Origin: Eledone cirrhosa | Taxonomy: Eukaryota | Length of the DNA: 64,000 bases | Assembly (NCBI GenBank): GCA_964016885.1 | Contig: OZ024744.1 | Location: forward strand, 67,890,001 to 67,954,000 | Direction: 5' to 3' | Part shown: one piece after another, positions 52,473 through 64,000 of the stretch | How the letters are laid out: every line of letters begins with the position of its first letter | How positions within the stretch are numbered: the stretch's first letter is position 1 | The notes under the pieces: generated by a model | What the model was told of the DNA's origin: nothing | Seen by the model: the letters and a program-made list of their open reading frames with translations, nothing else | The model's database searches: none | Translations under genes and position numbers: made by a program

Positions 52473-53847
52473 TAAATGGGAATTGGGAAAAATAATTATA
52501 AACTAGAGGTGTAATTATATAGAAGAGAAAGATTTTAGTACACTCTGTAGAGTGATTGGTGTTATGATGGGCATCCAGCCAGAGAAACTATGCCAAACAA
52601 AGTGTCACAAGGACTCTCCAGTTGTGTTCAGGACAGGACAACCTATATAATGCTGATACTATGATAAAATGCACCTAAGGACAGTTGCTTATGCCACTCT
52701 GTAATGGCTGGGTGTCTTTCTTAACACTAACTGCTTCACAGAACGTATTGTGGAAGCCATTTATCCATGACACAAGCACTAGAGAAGTTGTGCCCTTGAC
52801 ACAACTAAAAGGTATTCTCAATCCATTGTTTGGCATATTTTTATAGCTGGATGCCCTTCCTAACAGGAACAACTTTAAAGAGTGTACTGAATGCAACTTT
52901 TTATGGCACCAGCACTAAAGATGTTGTGTTTGTGTTTCTGACACAACTGAGGAGTCTTTAGTAGTGCTAGGTCCCAGAGTCACCTACTCCAGTAAGTACC
53001 ACCGGAACCCAACTACCAAATTTAAGAAAGAAAAAAGGATAGGAGATCTTCCTACAAATTCGTGTCTCGTGTGAGTCATCTCTCACTACAAAAGGTAATG
53101 ACTAAAGCGTAACAATTTCTCAACCGAATATCAAAAGTAACATGATTTATTTGTAGTCCATATTACAAAAGTGTAGTAAACAAATGTCTACGTAACATTA
53201 TGAGGTATAGTCCAGAACCATGAGGTGTGATTCGAAGAATATTATCAGCATTTTTATTACGTGTTGTCAGCTTCAGAAGAAACCACCAGAAAGAGAGTAT
53301 ACCTTTGGCGTAACCATGCCTGGCCTTACTAGGCCAGGCAGCCAAGAGGTGGAAAGAGAGAAAGATAGCTCTGAGCTCCCTCTCCTATAGTTCCCTGGAC
53401 GGAAGTTACAAGGAAGGTTCTGGAATTTCAACGGGAAGTAACTCCAGCTACTTCCCTTGTCCAGAGAGCGCTACAAGTCCATTCAACACTTCTAGCAGTT
53501 TAGCATGTGAAATAACATCCAGCATGTACCATACCTAAATATCTGGTATGGAGTGGCGTTAGGAAGAGTATCTAGCTGTAGAAAACTTTGCTAGAAAAGG
53601 TACTCATTCAATGAATGCAAAGAGAAACAGATGTAAAAAAAGAATCAATAGGGAAGAAGACAAGATAACGTAATCTTACATATCCCTAAAAAGTTGGGAT
53701 GATCAGGGCATTGATACTTCAGAGAGTTATTAAATGACAGAATGATATACCTTGTGGTATTTGTTCTGGATCTCTATGCTCAAAGTTAAAATCCCATTTA
53801 GCTCAAATATATATATAATAATACACACACATATATATATATATATG

Positions 53848-54298
53848 GAAAACCGCGGAGTGGGAAGACCCAAGAAGACCTGGGATGAGGTGATAAAAGC
53901 CGACCTTACCCAATTACACCTCTCAAAGGCGATGACACACAACCGTGACCTCTGGCGACAGAAGACCCGACTCCTCACGGGTACAAGCCGAAGCTGAAGC
54001 TTATAGACAATATGCCCCCACACCCTGCCACTGCATAGTGGTCGTGGAGGTGCCACGGCAAAAAAGCACCCAGCTAACACTGTAAAGTGGACATGTAGGT
54101 GCCATCGTAAAAAAGCACCCAGCACTCACTGTAAATGAGGTAGGTGTTAGGAAGGGCATCCAGCTGTAGAAATCAAGCCAGAATCAGTTCCCATATGAGC
54201 AAGACAAGGTCAGCTGACCAGACACTGCCCACAACAGGACAACCCGCCTAACCCATGCTAGCGTGGAAGAACAGACGTAAAACGGTGATGATGATGAT
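53848..54298 (+). mobile_element. RTE 3' fragment
   Basis: NRGVGRPKKTWDEVIKADLT, 3'UTR and (GAT)n. Confidence 0.88.
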
Positions 54299-54569
54299 AT
54301 ATATACATATATATATAATGGGTAAGGGTAAAGACCCCATTCAGTTACAACTGACCATGGGATTTGCACCTAGAAAGTTTCTCTCCGAGGCACAAGTCCA
54401 GGTAAGGTTGTTTGTGGAAGACCAGCAGTCACCCATGCATACCAGTCTCCCCTCTCCACACCACCAATGTTGTTCAAGGGAAAGGCAATGGCCGATACAG
54501 CTTGACACCAGTGAAGCAACATGAATTAAAGTGTCTTGTTCAAGAACACAGCACAATATATATCATCAT

Positions 54570-57500
54570 TCATTTCATCATTTCATTTTACGTCCACTTT
54601 TCCCTGCTTGCAAGGGGGGGGACGGGAACTGATTCTGGCTTGATTTCTACAGCTGGATGCCCTTCCTAACACCAACCTCATTTACAGTGAGTGCTGGGTG
54701 CTTTTTCCGTGGCGCCTACACGTCCACTTTACAGTGTGGGCTGGGTGCTTTTTTGCCGTGGCACCTCCACGACCACCTTGCAGTGGGAGGGTGTGGGGGC
54801 ATATTATCTATATGCTTCAGCTTGTATCCATGGGAGGTCGGGTACTCTGTATTACTGCGTGGCGCCAGAAGTCACGGTCGTGTGTCATTGTCTTTGAGAG
54901 GTGTAATTAGGTAAGGTCGGCTTTTATCACCTCATCCCAGGTCATCTTGGGTCTTCCCACTCCGCGGTTTCCATTGACTTCTAGTGCTCTGCACCTTTTT
55001 ATGCAGCTGTCATCCTTCATACGCATCACATGTCCATACCAACGCAACCGCCTCTCCTGCACACAGCATTTGATTCCTCTTATGCTCAGTCTCTCTCTCA
55101 ATTCATTTATGCTTTGTCGTTCACGTATATTACTATTACACATTCATCGGAGCATGCAGGCTTCATTTCTTTCTAATCTACATAAGTCTTCCACCTTCAG
55201 CGCCCAGGTCTCACTACCATGTAACATTGCTGTTCGGATACACGCATCATACAGTTTGCCTTTCATTTTGCAGTGGCAGTAGTTCCCTGAACTTCTTCCA
55301 TCCCGTTCTTACTCTAGTTATTGTACTTTCTGAACACCCACCTCCGCTGCTAATTCGGTCACCTAGGTAGCAGAAGCTGTCTACTGTTTCTACAGAGCCC
55401 TCCCAGAGATTGGTGGTACTTGTTTCCTGTGGCTGTTTGCTGTTTGCTGTCCCAGCACAGCTGCTGCAAGTGAAGCCTACATTCTTAATTAAGCTTCCTG
55501 AGATCCCGCTACATCTCTTGTATACCCATTGTTTGCATTTGGGGCAGAGAATGGAGTTCCTACCTACACCTTTCCTACATACTGAGCAAGGCCATTTCCC
55601 TGAGGGGATCTGGGTTGTGTTTTCTCTTCTACTTACAAGGACCTTAGTCTTTGTCATGTTGACTTTGAGACCCTTTCTTTCTAGTCCCTGCTTCCAAGTT
55701 TGGAATTTCTTCTCTAGTTCTACCATAGATTCAGCTATAAGTCATCAGCATACAAGAGTTCCCATGGGCATCCGGTCTTAAACTCCTCCGTTATTGCCTG
55801 CAGGACTATGATGAACAGGAGAGGGCTAAGAACAGAGCCCTGGTGGACACCAACCTGTACGCTAAATTCCTCACTATACTCATTGCTAATCCTAACTTTG
55901 CTGACTGCTCCCCTATACATGGCTTGTACAGCTTTCACAAGCCATTCATCTACTCCTAGTTTTCTAAGAGCCCACCAGATTATAGCACGTGGAACTCTGT
56001 CAAAGGCTTTCTTGAGATCGACGAATGCCAGGTAGAGTGGCTTACTTTTAGCTAGGTACTTTTCCTGTAACTGCCTCACAAGGAAGAGGGCATCAGGGGT
56101 GCCTCTTCCTGGTACAAACCCAAATTGCATCTCATCTAGTTTCACCCGGTCCCTAATCAACTGTGCTATAACTCTTTCTGTTACTTTCATGACCTGGTCC
56201 ATCAGCTTTATACCTCTATAGTTTCCTCTATCTAGTGCATCACCTTTACCTTTGTAGCAGTTGACAATGATGCTACTGCACCAATCTTTTGGTATGACAC
56301 CTTCTAGTATTACCTGGTTAACAATACGTGTGGTTATAGTGTGACCTACAGACCCAGATGCCTTCAGCATCTTGGCAGCTATACCCGATGGACTGGTTGC
56401 TTTCCCCATCTTCATATCTTTGATTGCCTTACTTACTATGCTGCTGCTGACTTGTACTGTTGGCCCCTCTATAGGGTCTACTTGGGGTAGGGTCTCTTCT
56501 TCCCATACATTCTCCTCATTTAGTAATCTATCATAATGGCTCTTCCATGCATCTTTCTTCTCAGCACTTGTGAGGGCAAGCTCACCTTTATCATTCCGGA
56601 TACACTTCTCTCCATGACATCACAATTCTCTCTGACACACTGCCTCGCAATCTTGAACACCTCCTGTTTCTGGTCCTCACGTTGCAAAACATGCTTGAAT
56701 ATTCTATCCTCTGCTTCCCTCCTAGCTAAGTATACTTGTCGCCTAGCTTCCCTCTTGGTCTCTATGTAATGTACCCTGATTCCCCCCCCCCCGTTCTTCC
56801 ATTCTTTCCATGCCTGTCTCTTGGCCTTAACTGCCTCATCTACCTTATTGTTCCACCACCAAGTCACTCTCCTCCTGCTTGTGGTCTTACTCCAGCCACA
56901 GACCTCATCCGTCGCCTCTAGTAAGTTATTTTTTAGGAACTCCCAGTGCTCTTCTACATTGAATGTCTCTATCTGTTCTTCTTTACTGTCGTAGGCGTTG
57001 AGTAAAATATCTTTAAATCTGTTAGTGGCTGAGGGGTCTTTCTTCTCCAGGTAGGCGTCTAGTTCTGACCGTGAGGTCGCTGACAACTAAGCTATGTTGG
57101 GAGGTACATTCCTCACTAGGGTAGGCTTTTGTGTTTACAACCGTCCATCTGTCACGTCCTCTGATGAGGATAAAATCTATCTGACTAGAGTACTCCCCTG
57201 ATCTATAGGTGATCAGGTGGTTGTCGTGTTTTTTGAAGTTTGTGTTACATATCGACATGTCATTGGCGTTGCAGAATTCTAGAAGTCTGAATCCTTCCTC
57301 ATTTCTTGTGCCAACCCCGTGGTCTCCATGGACTCTATTGAAGCCGTCACAGTGTTTACCTACGTGTCCGTTAAAATCTCCTGTGATGATTAGGAAGTCA
57401 TTGTTGTTTGTTAGAGCAGTAGTGTGCATTAGGGACTCATAAAATCTATCCTTAAGATCATCTGGCAACCCCCGATTGGGGTGCGTAAGCTGATATTATT

Positions 57501-57655
57501 GTGGTAATTGTTTTATTCAGGACTAGTCTGAGTTTAATGATTCTTGCATTTACCCTGTATACTGAGATTACTTTATCTACCCACTTGTCAGCTAGTAGTA
57601 TACCTACACCACCCATCCCATCGTCATTTCCCACCCAGAAAAATTTGTAGCACTG
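54570..57655 (-). mobile_element. RTE-clade LINE, 5'-truncated and frameshifted (APE endonuclease + RT)
   Basis: ORF pieces: APE (GDFNGHVG, SQIDFIL, SQHSLVV); RT (NYRGIKL, QFGFVPGR, FVDLKKAFDRV, GVHQGSVLSP, LYADDL); a Cys-rich insert; C-terminus RRLRWYGHV..GRPKMTW; then 3'UTR and (GAT)n tail. Confidence 0.93.
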
Positions 57656-57676
57656 ATTTTTTCCTATATATATATT

Positions 57677-57737
<61 letters not shown>

Positions 57738-58954
57738 AAACATATATATAGAGAGACATCATTCTAAAACCACTCCAATTCCTTGTCTAAAGCAAGTTGC
57801 ATAAACTATAGAAATAACTTTTCATCTGTCGAGCATTGTAGATTAACAGTTTTTATTTATAGGAAAGATCTATCGAAACTTATTTTTAGGAATATTTGCT
57901 GATTTGGAAATCAAAAATAACTTGTATTTATGGACTGCTTTTACTTTCACAAAATGTAGGCAGCTTCTCTGTCTAAAAATGTTTGTAATAAGAAAGATCA
58001 TAAGTTTTATATTTATCCTACTACTAACAAGTAACTGAAATAATATGAAAACACATGGTTTAGAGGTTAGGATGTTTGGCCCATGATTGTAAAGCCATGA
58101 GTTTGATTCCCAGGAGAACATTATGTCATTGAGCAAGACATTTTATCATACATTGCTCCTGACCACTCAGCTGGCAAAAATGAGTTGCACCTGTAGTTCA
58201 TCATCATCACCATTTAACATCTATTTTTCTACACTGGCATGGGTTAAACAAGTTGTCCTGTTGTGAGCAATGCCAGGTCAGGTGACCTTGTCCTGCTCAT
58301 ACAGAACCGACTGTTTCTACAGCTGGATGGCCTTCTTAACACCAACCACATTTACTGTGAGTACTGGGTGCTTTTTGTCGTGACACCTACATGACCACTT
58401 TACAGTGTGGACTGGATACTTTTTATTGTAACACCTACATGATCACTTTACACTGTCAACTGAGCACTTTTAGTTGTGACACCTATAAGACCACTTTACA
58501 GTGTGGACTGGATGCTTTTTGCCATGACACCAACACAACCACTTTACAGTGAGTACATGTGTTTCTGGAGTCCTGAGTCACTTGTATCTTCAATTATTCA
58601 AAACAAATGGAATAATTATTGTCATAATTGGTAAAGGTCCAGCAGCAACAACAAATACAATGGTGAGCAATCTGTTGTGAAACAATTGAATTCTCACTAG
58701 TGAAACTGACAAGTAATTAACTGAGTATTCCTCAGACATGTATATTTGTATATTTAGAATAATGTAATTATTCTCAGACAGAATCAATCAGACATAATGT
58801 GATAATACTGGATATTTGAATTACCTGTATAACCCAGTGAGGGGGGGGGGGGGAGAATCGACGCCAGTACTTAACTGGCACTTTAATATCAACCTGAGCA
58901 GTATTTGAACTCCGAGAGAAAGAGAGAGAGTTAGAGATTGAGACATAGAGAGTG

Positions 58955-58997
<43 letters not shown>

Positions 58998-61209
58998 CAC
59001 ACACAAAGAGTGACTGAGACAGAGGGAGAGAAACAGACAGACAGGCAGACAGAGAACAATCGACTCCCATTTTATTTATTGATTTTGAAATAATGAAAAC
59101 CAAAGTTGGCATTACTTCAGTGTGATTTGAACTCAGTGTTGAGTTCAAACAGATGAATACCATATGTCTGCAGTTTAAACAATTCAGCCAATGCATTGCA
59201 TATGTCTTGTTCGATTAGTTATTCTTATATATCCAGTTTCATCAATTTCTAATTAACTCCATGAAATAATTGTTTCTACTTTAGGCACAAGGCCAGCAAT
59301 TACCCAGTGCATTACTGGTACTTTATGTTATCGCCCCCGTATGATATAATGATTTCTGATTTAAGCAGAAGGCCAATAATTTTGTAGGGAGTGGAAAGTC
59401 GATTAAATCGACCCCAGTATATTACTAGTGCTTTATTTATTGACCCTATAAGAATGAAAGGCAAAACCAATCTCGGAGGGGTTTTGAACTCAGAACGTAA
59501 AGGACCATAACTCTATGCCGCAAAACATGTTGTCCAACGCCCAACTGATACTGCCAACCCACTGCCCTCAATCCATGAAATTAATCAAAGGCAAAATAAT
59601 TAGATTAGATAAATAAATAAATATATAAAGAAAGAATAATGGTTTTAATTTAAGTACAAGGTCAGCAATTTAAAGAGAAAGGAGTAAATGACTGGTACTT
59701 TATTTTATCGACCACCCCGTCGAAATGATTAAAAATAAAGTGGACATCGGCTGGATTTGAACTCGAAACGTAAATAGTTAGAACAAATACCTTATAAGAA
59801 TTTTATCCAAACCTCTACCAATTCTGGTGAAGGAAAGAATAATGATAATATTTGGCAAAAATATAAGCAGGCATTTGATTTAACATAGATTTAATACTGT
59901 ATTACTGGTGCTTATTTGATCAAATTCAGTCAGATGAATCTTTTTTTTTTAATTTTAATTAACTAATATATTTATTTATAGTCGATCTGGTGAGAGTTGA
60001 AATAAAAACTTAGAAAGATTTAGTTAGAACTGCATCGGATGAGAAAGATGTTATTGAAAACATGTGAAGGGAAATAACTAGAATGTAAAGAGTTGTCTTC
60101 CTTGAATCTACTATTATGAAGTATGGATTCTTTTTTTTTATATTATCAATTATTTATGTGTATTTTTTGTATACAAAACAACGAAATTAATTGTATTGTA
60201 CGTGTTACACGTATTTACTCACGCACACAAACACATACACACGTGTATGTGCGTCCACTTACTCATTTGCACATCTTTGTCCGTGATATTAAAAATCCTT
60301 GTCCGTGCATGTTTTTTGTCTATAGGTTGCTTATCTCTACTTTAAAACTTAATTTCACTGTCTAATAAACAGAAAGTTTTTTTCGAGTTACTAAAATGAC
60401 AATCTCTTCTACAGTGTGATTACATCAGTTTCATCAGGCGCTTTCAAATCCAAATCATTTTGAAAAACAAGTACAATTATATTTATAATAGCATTCTGAA
60501 GGAATTGCAAGCAATTTGTAATGTTATTTATGTATATATAAATAATTTCTTGTAATTTCTTGTTTACAAATTTCGTACACTTGAACATCCTAATAAAGTA
60601 ATTCCGAAGCAAAAAAAAAAAAAAGAAAAATTTTTTTTTACTATGGTAGATGGCCACATGCAGAAGCGAGCCCCACGAGCTGGAATAGCTATCCAATGCG
60701 CCGCCAGTACGACGTTTTCTTCATTCTATCCACTGGGATAATGATGCAGCCTACACATGAGCTCTCATACACCAGAGTATGCTCCCTCCTACCACCTAGG
60801 ACCACAACATTGTGGTAGCAATTTAGAAAACACCTTGTAATTTAGAAGATAAAACTGATTACAACTATATATAAAATGTATGACAGAATTGTAGAGACAT
60901 CGAGTGTGTTTTATTCTCAGTCGCTTAACGCCATGGAAAACAGGATAAGCATCAGCTTGATGTACCTCCAGGCTTCAGACAGACTTTAGACTTGTATATA
61001 CACACAAACACACACACACACATACATACACACACACGCATATGTTCCTAATGTTCCTCCTCCATACACATACACACATGTATGTCATGACTCGTACACT
61101 ATTCACTTCCCTGACATTTGTATATTATTCTATGTACTATACACACACCTTTAACGAGTTGTAGTGCACCTGAACACTTTACACAATAATTTCATTATTA
61201 TTATATATA

Positions 61210-61398
61210 GGGCGGTGGATTGGCAGTATCGGTAGAGGGTTGGACGCCATGCTTTCCAGCATAGTTACGTCCCTTTACGGTCTGAGTTAAAATCCCGCCG
61301 AGGTTGACTTTGCCTTTCATCCTTACGGGATCGATAGAATAAAGTACCAGTGATGCACTGGGTGATTGCTGGCCCTGTGCCAAAAGTAGAAACAATTA
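61210..61398 (+). mobile_element. tRNA-derived SINE family A (representative; more than 20 copies in the window)
   Basis: A box TGGCAGTATCGG; B box GAGTT(C/A)AAATCC; central GCCTTTCATCCTTACGGGGTCGATAAAATAAAGTACCAG (reminiscent of the Meta/LF-SINE core); ATT tail. Other copies at about 3349, 4025, 9850, 12942, 13692, 20465, 24580, 31650, 32655, 36030, 46234, 51900, 59268 and 63700. Confidence 0.85.
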
Positions 61399-61424
61399 TA
61401 TATATATATATATCATCATCCATA

Positions 61425-62420
61425 TCATCATCATCATCGTTTAACGTCCATCTTCCACGCTTAGCATGGGTTAGATGGTTTTGTACCATTTGATGCGGGA
61501 ATAGTCGGGAGACCGTGTCTCACTCAAGCGGAAGTATCTCCGGCAGGTTTTCTACGGCTGGATGCCCTTCCTAACACCACCCATGTTTACAGTGTGGACT
61601 GGGAGCCTTTTTACCATGTCTCCTACATGACCATTTTGACAGTGTGGACTGGGTGCTTTTTGTTGTGTCACCGACATATATCATCATCATCATCATCGTT
61701 TAACGTCCGTGTTCCATGCTTGCATGGGTTTGGACGGGAGTTTTCCCACTTGAGGCAAGAGTGGTTGTCTTGCTCGCATAGGACTTCTGGCGGGTTTCCT
61801 ACAGTTGGATGCCCTTCCTAACACCAACCACATTTACAGTGTGGGGCTGGGAGGTTTTTACCGTGTTGCCTACATGCCCACATTACAGCGTGGACTGTCT
61901 GGCAGGTTTTCTACAGCTGGATGCCCTTCCTAACACCAACCACATTTACAGTGTGGGACTGGGACGTTTTTACCGTGTTGCCTACACGGTCACATTACAG
62001 CGTGGACTGTGTGTTTTTTTTTCGTGACACTTACACGATCTCATTTGTTTCGCCCTGGATTTTGTGGCACCAACATAACTTTACATTGAAAGGGGCGGTG
62101 TGGATGGGGTGGGAGTGGTGGGACGGGGTGTATTTTGTTAGTGATGCCTACTGACTGTAGTAGGTTTTACTTTGTATTTAGGTAACGCGGGTCTTCTCTG
62201 TTACTGAGTACCGCCAAAGGTCTCGGTCCAGTGACATTGTCTTGGAGAAGTGTAAGTGTGTGAGGTCGGAATTTATCAGCTCGTCCCAGGTTTTTCTGGG
62301 TCTGCCTACTCCGTGGCTACCATCTATCTTTATTGCCCTGCACTTTGTTATACAGCTGTCGTCTTTCATGCGCATCACGTGACCATACCAACGTAGCCTT
62401 CTCTCGAGTAAACAACATTT
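61425..62420 (-). mobile_element. Stacked RTE 3' fragments
   Basis: ORF 62178-62537 RRLRWYGHV..GRPRKTW; three repeats of the ggatgcccttcctaacacc 3'UTR module. Confidence 0.85.
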
Positions 62421-62954
62421 ATATGTATCCATGCTAGCATAGAAAATGGACGTTAAACGATGATGATGATATGATGATATATATATATTTATAACGAAGG
62501 AATTGTGGTGAGGAACCAGATGGACCATAACGCACAAGAGTACTCAATACTTAGGGTAGTAGAGTGGGTAATAGGAAAAAGTATGACATACTTTTTCCTA
62601 TATATATATATATATATATATCAATAAATACCATTGTGTTTTCTAATTTCCTAGTGGTGGTAGTGTTAGTAGTGGCTTCAGTTGTAGTGGAGGTGGTGAC
62701 AGTGCTGGTTGTGCTGGTAGAGACAAGCAGTTGGCAGGAATTGCTGTGATAGGGATGTAGGTGAACATGATGAACTCAGGAAACAGTAATCTTTTATATT
62801 TGTCAATCTTAAAGTAATATCATATTTAAGAAATGATATTCTAAAATAAGAATAGCTTTTAGTTTATGTGGTCTTATAGATTTCATAATGTCTATCTTAT
62901 TGGCATTTTACCATTCCTTATTTTGGTGCTGTAATAATGTAATAACAGTAATAA

Positions 62955-63505
62955 TCTTCTTCTTCTTCTTCTTCTTCTTCTTCTTCTTCTTCTTCTTCTT
63001 CTCCTCCTCCTCCTCCTTCTCCTCCTCCTTCTCCTCCTCCCCTCCTCCTCCTTCTTCTTCTTCTTCTTCTTCTTCTTCTTCTCCTCCTCCTCCTCCTCCT
63101 CCTCCTCCTCCCCCCTCCTTCTTCTTCTCCCCCCCCCCCCCCCTCCTCCCCCTCCTTCTTCTTCTTCTTCTTCTTCTTCTTCTTCTCCTTCTTCTTCTTC
63201 TTCTTCTTCTTCTTCTTCTTCTTCTTCTTCTTCTTCTTCTCCTCTTCCTCCTCCTCCTCCTCCTCCTCCTTCGTCTTCTTCTTCTTCTTCTTCTTCTTCT
63301 TCTTCTTCTTCTTCTCCTCCTCCTCCTCCTCCTCCTCCTCCTTCGTCTTCTTCTTCTTCTTCTTCTTCTTCTTCTTCTTCTTCTTCTTCTTCTTCTTCTT
63401 CTTCTCTCCTCCTCCTCCTCCTCCTTCTTCTTCTTCTTCTCCTCCTCCTCCTCATCCTCCTTCTTCTTCTCCTTCTTCTCCTTCTCCTTCTTCTTCTTCT
63501 TCTTC
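62955..63505. repeat. (CTT)n/(CCT)n polypyrimidine tract
   Basis: Direct reading; about 550 bp, almost purely C/T. Confidence 0.95.
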
Positions 63506-63849
63506 TATATGTTTATATATATGGTGTGGTATAGTCCTGTAACTCCTGGTATTGTTGTAGGGGCACCGAATTGATATACAGCATTCATTGAGTACATTTT
63601 AAGCCTGGCGGTGCCTCTCCCTCACCAGGCCTGAGTACAGCTAATTTCTTCAAGAGAGAAAGAGGAAATGAGAAACAGATATAGATGAAGAATCCATCCC
63701 AGTACTCGACTGGTACTTTTTTATTGACCTCGAAAGGATGAAAGGCAAAGTTGACCTCAGCAGAATTTGAACTCTGAGAGCAGAGATCTGGAATGAATAC
63801 CATAAAGCATTCTATCTGACGTTCTGACCAATCTGCCAATTTGCTGCCT

Positions 63850-63923
<74 letters not shown>

Positions 63924-64000
63924 GAATAATCGAGTATCGGAAAATCAGCTCACGAGTTTACGATAAACAAATCCGACATGAGTGGCAGAGGGCTCAATAA

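Noticed and set aside
62888-63574. Poly-L/S/F/P/E/R ORFs
   Set aside because: Translations of the (CTT)/(CCT) tract.

Overview
This is a eukaryotic, AT-rich window saturated with microsatellites. The repeat make-up resembles a coleoid cephalopod such as Octopus, but that is an inference. It is almost entirely intronic sequence of a + strand doublecortin-like kinase (DCLK/zyg-8-like) gene. One exon (32193-32289) encodes the end of the second DCX domain, and a probable phase-compatible next exon lies at 35459-35530; both are too short for the ORF track. The rest is a nested mosaic of mobile elements. These are: two tRNA-derived SINE families; a frameshifted RTE LINE (APE+RT) with many 3' fragments; R4/Dong-like RLE elements that sit in (CATA)n; a decayed CRE-clade RLE element; non-autonomous bipartite RTE-type elements whose 5' end folds like an HDV-type ribozyme; Helitrons; hAT, mariner and piggyBac-like MITEs; a probable solo LTR; Penelope-like hammerhead relics; and long mini/microsatellites. 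Nearly all long ORFs in the track are simple-repeat artefacts. All family calls come from motif recognition by eye; no searches were run.
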